From positions 273 through 64,272 of the forward strand of contig CAZAFN010000005.1 of the NCBI GenBank assembly GCA_964484795.1: 64,000 bases of DNA. The letters run 5' to 3'. Below are positions 59,667-64,000 of this stretch, one piece after another (the stretch's first letter is position 1; the number at the start of each line of letters is the position of its first letter). Position numbers and translations under genes: made by a program. The notes below the pieces were generated by a model that was not told the origin of the DNA, searched no databases, and saw only the letters and a list, made by a program, of their open reading frames with translations. Origin of the DNA: an uncultured Alphaproteobacteria bacterium (lineage in GTDB: Bacteria > Pseudomonadota > Alphaproteobacteria > Methylaequorales > Methylaequoraceae).

Positions 59667-60604
59667 CAAAAATTGGCATAATTGGATCTGGTCAGTGGGC
59701 ATTTGCTCTATCAAAAGTTTTAAATAAAAATCAGATCATTATTAAATGTAGAAATTTAAGAAAAACAAAGAAAAAATTTCTTCAATCACAAAGACAAATT
59801 GTTACAGATGATTTTGGATTGCTTCAAGATTGTGAATATATTTTTCTGTCAATTCCATCACAATCAGTAAGAGAAAATCTAAAAATTCTTAAAAATAAAA
59901 CTAAAAACCTCCGGTCCACTTTCATAATTTGTTGTAAAGGTGTGGAAAAAAATAGCAATAAACTAATTAGCGAAATTTTATTTGAATTTTTTCCCAACAG
60001 TAGTTTTGCAATCTTGTCTGGCCCAAATTTCTCATCAGAGGTAATAAAAGGTCTTCCGACTGCTGCAGTTTTGTCATCACAAAAAAAAGAGGTTCTCATA
60101 AAAACATCAAAAATCATTTCTCAGGAAAGATTTAGAACTTATTTCAATAAGGACATAATAGGAACTCAGATTGGGGGAGCAATGAAAAATATTATAGCTA
60201 TAGCGTCTGGCCTAATCATAGGCAAAAACCTTGGAAACAATGCTAAAGCAGCCATCATAACCAGAGGTCTTTCAGAAACAGTTCAACTGGGACTAAAAAT
60301 GGGTGCCAAAAAAAATACTTTTTATGGTTTGTCAGGAATTGGTGATTTGACACTAACTTGTTCCTCATTAAAATCGAGAAATGCAAAACTTGGTTACTGT
60401 TTAGCAAAAGGAGGAAAAATTTCTATCTTAAAAAAAAATGCTGTCGTAGAAGGTTTGGATTCTTGTGAGAGCATCTGTCAGCTAGGATTAAGGTATGATG
60501 TAGAACTTCCAATTTGTAATTCTGTAAAAAAAATCATTTATGGTGAAAATGTAAAAAAGATAGCAACAAGTCTTCTTTCAAGACCACTTCAATACGAAAA
60601 ATAA
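59663..60604 (+). CDS. gpsA: Glycerol-3-phosphate dehydrogenase [NAD(P)+]
   Basis: MTKIGIIGSGQWAFALS...GEN. ATG 59663 forms an ATGA overlap with the tsaD stop. Confidence 0.9.
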   Translation: MTKIGIIGSGQWAFALSKVLNKNQIIIKCRNLRKTKKKFLQSQRQIVTDDFGLLQDCEYIFLSIPSQSVRENLKILKNKTKNLRSTFIICCKGVEKNSNKLISEILFEFFPNSSFAILSGPNFSSEVIKGLPTAAVLSSQKKEVLIKTSKIISQERFRTYFNKDIIGTQIGGAMKNIIAIASGLIIGKNLGNNAKAAIITRGLSETVQLGLKMGAKKNTFYGLSGIGDLTLTCSSLKSRNAKLGYCLAKGGKISILKKNAVVEGLDSCESICQLGLRYDVELPICNSVKKIIYGENVKKIATSLLSRPLQYEK

Positions 60605-60876
60605 TGGCATACTTATTAATCTGTAAAGATAAAAAAAATTCTCTAAAAAAAAGACTGTCTGTCAGAAATGAACATCTTAATTATATAAAAAAATTTGAAA
60701 AAAAGCTTATTCTCGCAGGACCTATATTAGACAAAACTGAGAAATCCAGAGGAAGCATTATTGTATTAGACTTTGATAATCTTAACGATGTCAACGTGTT
60801 TATAAAAAACGACCCATACTCAAAAATCAAATTATTCGACAAAATTATAATCCATAAATTTAAAAAGGTTTTTTAG
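60604..60876 (+). CDS. YciI-family protein
   Basis: 90 aa. MAYLLICKDKKNSLKKRLSVRNEHLNYI...GPIL has the YciI-like fold signature. Confidence 0.7.
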   Translation: MAYLLICKDKKNSLKKRLSVRNEHLNYIKKFEKKLILAGPILDKTEKSRGSIIVLDFDNLNDVNVFIKNDPYSKIKLFDKIIIHKFKKVF

Positions 60877-60941
60877 TTTTTTTTATTAATTTGATTCATA
60901 AATTGATATATTCTTAAGTTCTTGGCTTAAATGAGGAGAAG

Positions 60942-62864
60942 ATGAAATTTATTGACAATAAATTGAAGAATTCATCATTAACTTTTGAAGAATATAAAAA
61001 AGATTATTTAAAGTCTATTGAAGAGCCTGAAAAATTCTGGGCTGAAAAGGCAAAGACTCTTTTGTGGATTAAAGATTTCTCAAAAGTTAAAGATAGTTCG
61101 TTTGATGACGATGTTAAAATAAAATGGTTTAAAGACGGAACCCTTAACGTTTCACAAAACTGTCTAGATAGACATTTAAAAAAAAATGGAGATAAAGTTG
61201 CAATTATATGGGAATCTGATGATCCAAATTTGAGCAAAAAAATTACATTTAAAGAACTCCACAAAGAAGTTTGTAAACTTTCTAATGGGTTAAGGTCCTT
61301 AGGTCTAAAAAAAGGAGATAGAGTAACCATATACCTACCAATGATACCGGAAGCAGCAATAGCTATGCTTGCATGCGCAAGGATAGGAGCTATACACTCA
61401 GTAGTTTTCGGAGGTTTTGCTCCAGAATCATTAAAAAATAGAATTCTAGACTGCAAGTCATCAATAGTGATAACTGCCAATGAAGGAATAAGAGGGGGGA
61501 AGAAAGTCCCACTTCTATACAATGTTAAAGAAGCAATAAAAGGACTCGATGTCGTTAAAAAATGCATCGTTGTTAAAAGAACTAATTCTGAGGAACATTA
61601 TGATAAAAAAACAGACATATGGTACGAGAATCTCCTCTCAACACAATCTGAAGATTGTGAAATTTCAGAACAGAATGCTGAAGACCCATTGTTCATTTTG
61701 TATACCTCTGGATCAACCGGAAAGCCAAAAGGTGTTTTGCATACCACAGCTGGATATTTACTACATGCCTCACTTAGTCACAAGGTGATTTTTGATGTTA
61801 AGGATGATGATGTCTATTGGTGCACGGCAGATGTTGGTTGGGTTACTGGTCATTCATATATCGTATATGGACCATTATGTAATGGCTTAACTACAGTTAT
61901 GTTTGAAGGTGTGCCAACTTTTCCTACACCCTCTAGATTTTGGGAAATTGTTGATAAATTTAATGTTAACATTTTCTATACAGCTCCTACTGCAATAAGA
62001 GCACTGATGGGGCTAGGCGAGAAATACGTTAAGTCTACCAAGAGATCTTCATTAAAAGTTCTGGGTACTGTTGGAGAACCTATAAATCCTGAAGCATGGA
62101 AATGGTATTTTGAAATTGTTGGAAATAGTAAATGCCCAGTAATTGATACTTGGTGGCAAACTGAAACTGGGGCTGCTTTGATTTCACCAATAGCTGGAAC
62201 AACTCCATTAAAGCCAGGTTCAGCCACTTTACCTTTTTTTGGTATTCAACCAATAATAGTAGATAATAACGGAATTGAGTTAGAGGGAGCTTGTGAAGGA
62301 AACCTTTGTATAACCACTTCCTGGCCTGGAATGATGAGAACCGTTTACAGAGATCACAAGAGATTTGTGGAAACTTATTTTTCTTCATTTAGTGGAAAAT
62401 ATTTTACTGGAGATGGTTGTAAGAGAGACAAGGATGGGTATTACTGGATAACAGGTAGAGTTGATGACGTTATAAATGTGTCCGGTCATAGATTAGGAAC
62501 CGCTGAGGTTGAAAGTGCTCTTGTATTGCACAAAAAAGTTTCTGAAGCTGCTGTAGTTGGTTATCCGCACAATGTTAAAGGGCAAGGGATTTATGCGTAT
62601 GTAACACTTATGACTGGAGAAGAATATAACGAGGAGTTAAGGCAAGAACTCGTTCGGTGGGTTAGATCAGTTATTGGGCCAATTGCAGCACCAGATATTA
62701 TCCAATGGGCACCAAATCTACCTAAAACAAGATCTGGAAAAATTATGCGTCGTATTTTAAGAAAGGTTGCTTGTAATGAAGAAAACTCAATCGGTGACAC
62801 TTCAACTTTAAATGAACCTAATGTTGTAAAAGAATTAATTGAAAATAGATCTCGGATTTCTTAA
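60942..62864 (+). CDS. acs: Acetyl-CoA synthetase
   Basis: 640 aa. [15 protein letters not shown]-binding motif, WWQTETG, and a SD AGGAGA upstream. Confidence 0.95.
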   Translation: MKFIDNKLKNSSLTFEEYKKDYLKSIEEPEKFWAEKAKTLLWIKDFSKVKDSSFDDDVKIKWFKDGTLNVSQNCLDRHLKKNGDKVAIIWESDDPNLSKKITFKELHKEVCKLSNGLRSLGLKKGDRVTIYLPMIPEAAIAMLACARIGAIHSVVFGGFAPESLKNRILDCKSSIVITANEGIRGGKKVPLLYNVKEAIKGLDVVKKCIVVKRTNSEEHYDKKTDIWYENLLSTQSEDCEISEQNAEDPLFILYTSGSTGKPKGVLHTTAGYLLHASLSHKVIFDVKDDDVYWCTADVGWVTGHSYIVYGPLCNGLTTVMFEGVPTFPTPSRFWEIVDKFNVNIFYTAPTAIRALMGLGEKYVKSTKRSSLKVLGTVGEPINPEAWKWYFEIVGNSKCPVIDTWWQTETGAALISPIAGTTPLKPGSATLPFFGIQPIIVDNNGIELEGACEGNLCITTSWPGMMRTVYRDHKRFVETYFSSFSGKYFTGDGCKRDKDGYYWITGRVDDVINVSGHRLGTAEVESALVLHKKVSEAAVVGYPHNVKGQGIYAYVTLMTGEEYNEELRQELVRWVRSVIGPIAAPDIIQWAPNLPKTRSGKIMRRILRKVACNEENSIGDTSTLNEPNVVKELIENRSRIS

Positions 62865-62998
62865 AAATCGTAACAAATACCTTTTTTTTCCCAATCACCA
62901 TATCTTGTTGGTTCAGGACCTTTAGGACCACCGATTTCATTTTTTTGATTTATGGGCTTTTTTTTTATTAGCTTTTTTTGTTTCATTCTTTTTTTCAT
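62861..62998 (-). CDS. DUF1674 / SDHAF4-like mini-protein, 45 aa ([45 protein letters not shown])
   Basis: Translated by hand from the minus strand. The C-terminal [20 protein letters not shown] matches the DUF1674 signature ([18 protein letters not shown]). Its stop overlaps the acs stop codon. Below the ORF-track cutoff. Confidence 0.7.
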   Translation of the reverse strand: MKKRMKQKKLIKKKPINQKNEIGGPKGPEPTRYGDWEKKGICYDF

Positions 62999-63040
62999 TA
63001 TAATAACTTAAGAAATGTTGAATAGATAAACCATAGATTT

Positions 63041-64000
63041 TTGCTAAACTCAAGAGAAATTTCCACTCAAATTCTTTCAAAAATATATAATGATTGTGAT
63101 TTGGAAGATGCAATTAATTCTAGTCAAAGTTTTTTAAAACTTGGGTCTAGAGACAGAGCATTTACAAGATTAATCCTTTTAAACACACTTAGACGTCATG
63201 GCGAAATTGACAATGTCATAGGAATGTTCTTAAAAAAACCATTAAAAAAAAAAGATTACTTTATACAAAACTTGTTGAGAATTTCAGTGGCACAAATTCT
63301 TTTTCTAGATACACCTGAGTACTCTGCCGTTAATTCAGCAGTGGAAATTTCCAAAAAATCTGGATTTGACAAACTAGTAAATGGGGTGCTAAGGAATATA
63401 TGTAGGAAGAAAAAATCTTTAATTAAAAACCTTAATCCAAACACAAATTTACCCGAATGGATAAAAAGAGATATAAAAAAAAATTTTGGAGAAAAGATTC
63501 TATCTAAAATATCACAAAAAATAGTTGAGGAACCCTACATTGACATAAAAATAAAATCAAGTTCTTATGGCTCTAAAGATTGGGCTAAGATATTAAATGG
63601 AAAAATAATTTTTCCGGAGATTATCAGAACTAAAAGCCAAGGCCCTATTCCATCTCTCCCTTTCTTTAACGATGGGTTGTGGTGGGTTCAAGGATTAGCC
63701 TCAATATTTCCAGTAATAATAATCAATGAAATTTACAAAGATTCTAATAAGAACTCTGTCGCTGTTCTGGATGTTGGAGCTGCACCAGGAGGTAAAACAT
63801 TTCAATTAATAGAAAGCGGCTATGATATAACTTCTTTGGAAATATCCTCTAAAAGAATTAAAAAATTAAATGAAAATCTAAGAAGATTAAACCTAAGAAC
63901 CAAAATAATTTGTGAAGACTTAAAAAAATTAAATTCAACGAATTTGTATGATTGCATCTTAATTGATGCGCCATGTACGGGGTCAGGTTTAATTCAAAAA
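63041..64000 (+). CDS. rsmB: 16S rRNA (cytosine-C5)-methyltransferase RsmB/Sun-family, 3'-truncated by the window edge
   Basis: In frame 2, a NusB-like N-terminal domain ...SRDRAFTRLILLNTLRRHGEIDNVIGMF..., then LDVGAAPGGKT and DCILIDAPCTGSGLIQK. There is no in-frame ATG after the stop at 63023-25; the nearest start is TTG 63041. Confidence 0.8.
   Translation, partial: MLNSREISTQILSKIYNDCDLEDAINSSQSFLKLGSRDRAFTRLILLNTLRRHGEIDNVIGMFLKKPLKKKDYFIQNLLRISVAQILFLDTPEYSAVNSAVEISKKSGFDKLVNGVLRNICRKKKSLIKNLNPNTNLPEWIKRDIKKNFGEKILSKISQKIVEEPYIDIKIKSSSYGSKDWAKILNGKIIFPEIIRTKSQGPIPSLPFFNDGLWWVQGLASIFPVIIINEIYKDSNKNSVAVLDVGAAPGGKTFQLIESGYDITSLEISSKRIKKLNENLRRLNLRTKIICEDLKKLNSTNLYDCILIDAPCTGSGLIQK

Noticed and set aside
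1-64000. CRISPR arrays, transposases, integrases and phage genes
   Set aside because: I scanned spacers and ORFs. No regularly spaced short repeats, no DDE or tyrosine-recombinase-like ORF and no phage structural genes were seen. The only repeats are the 96-nt pair, the 10-bp tandem at 16448 and the short palindromes.

Overview
This is a 64 kb window of very AT-rich DNA (about 30% GC by eye, not computed). The encoded proteins are alphaproteobacterial, and the gene content and order look most like a SAR11 / 'Candidatus Pelagibacter'-type streamlined genome. The right ~54 kb is densely packed core metabolism with tiny intergenic spacers and many 4-nt start/stop overlaps. It carries gltD-gltB, a tRNA-Arg(CCU), acnA divergent from a complete ccmABCDEFGHI operon, pabBC, folD, argG, a CFA-synthase/DUF1365/amine-oxidase/MFS/DUF3833/SDR stress-type cluster, a lipid A / envelope remodelling block (PAP2 phosphatase, ArnT-like GT, GT2, LAB_N), hemY-hemX-hemD-hemC, tsaD, gpsA, acs and rsmB. 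The left ~9.5 kb has longer spacers, strand switches and a sulfotransferase, and looks like an accessory cell-surface island. It contains a prokaryotic pentameric ligand-gated ion channel homolog with an extra N-terminal domain next to a PrsW-like intramembrane protease and a DUF805 protein, a TPR-sulfotransferase, and an orphan MlaC-like protein. It also contains a FliB/YkgJ-like Cys-rich gene bracketed by two ~96-nt direct repeats of unknown function. I also call, by eye, several features that a >=60 aa ORF track would miss or mis-start: the tRNA, ccmD, a DUF1674 mini-protein overlapping the acs stop, a 43-aa Cys mini-ORF with a strong SD, a consensus promoter producing a leaderless mRNA, an intrinsic terminator, and corrected starts for gmhA, argG, tsaD, gpsA and rsmB. 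I saw no CRISPR array, transposase or integrase. All functional calls are from motif recognition by eye without database searches.
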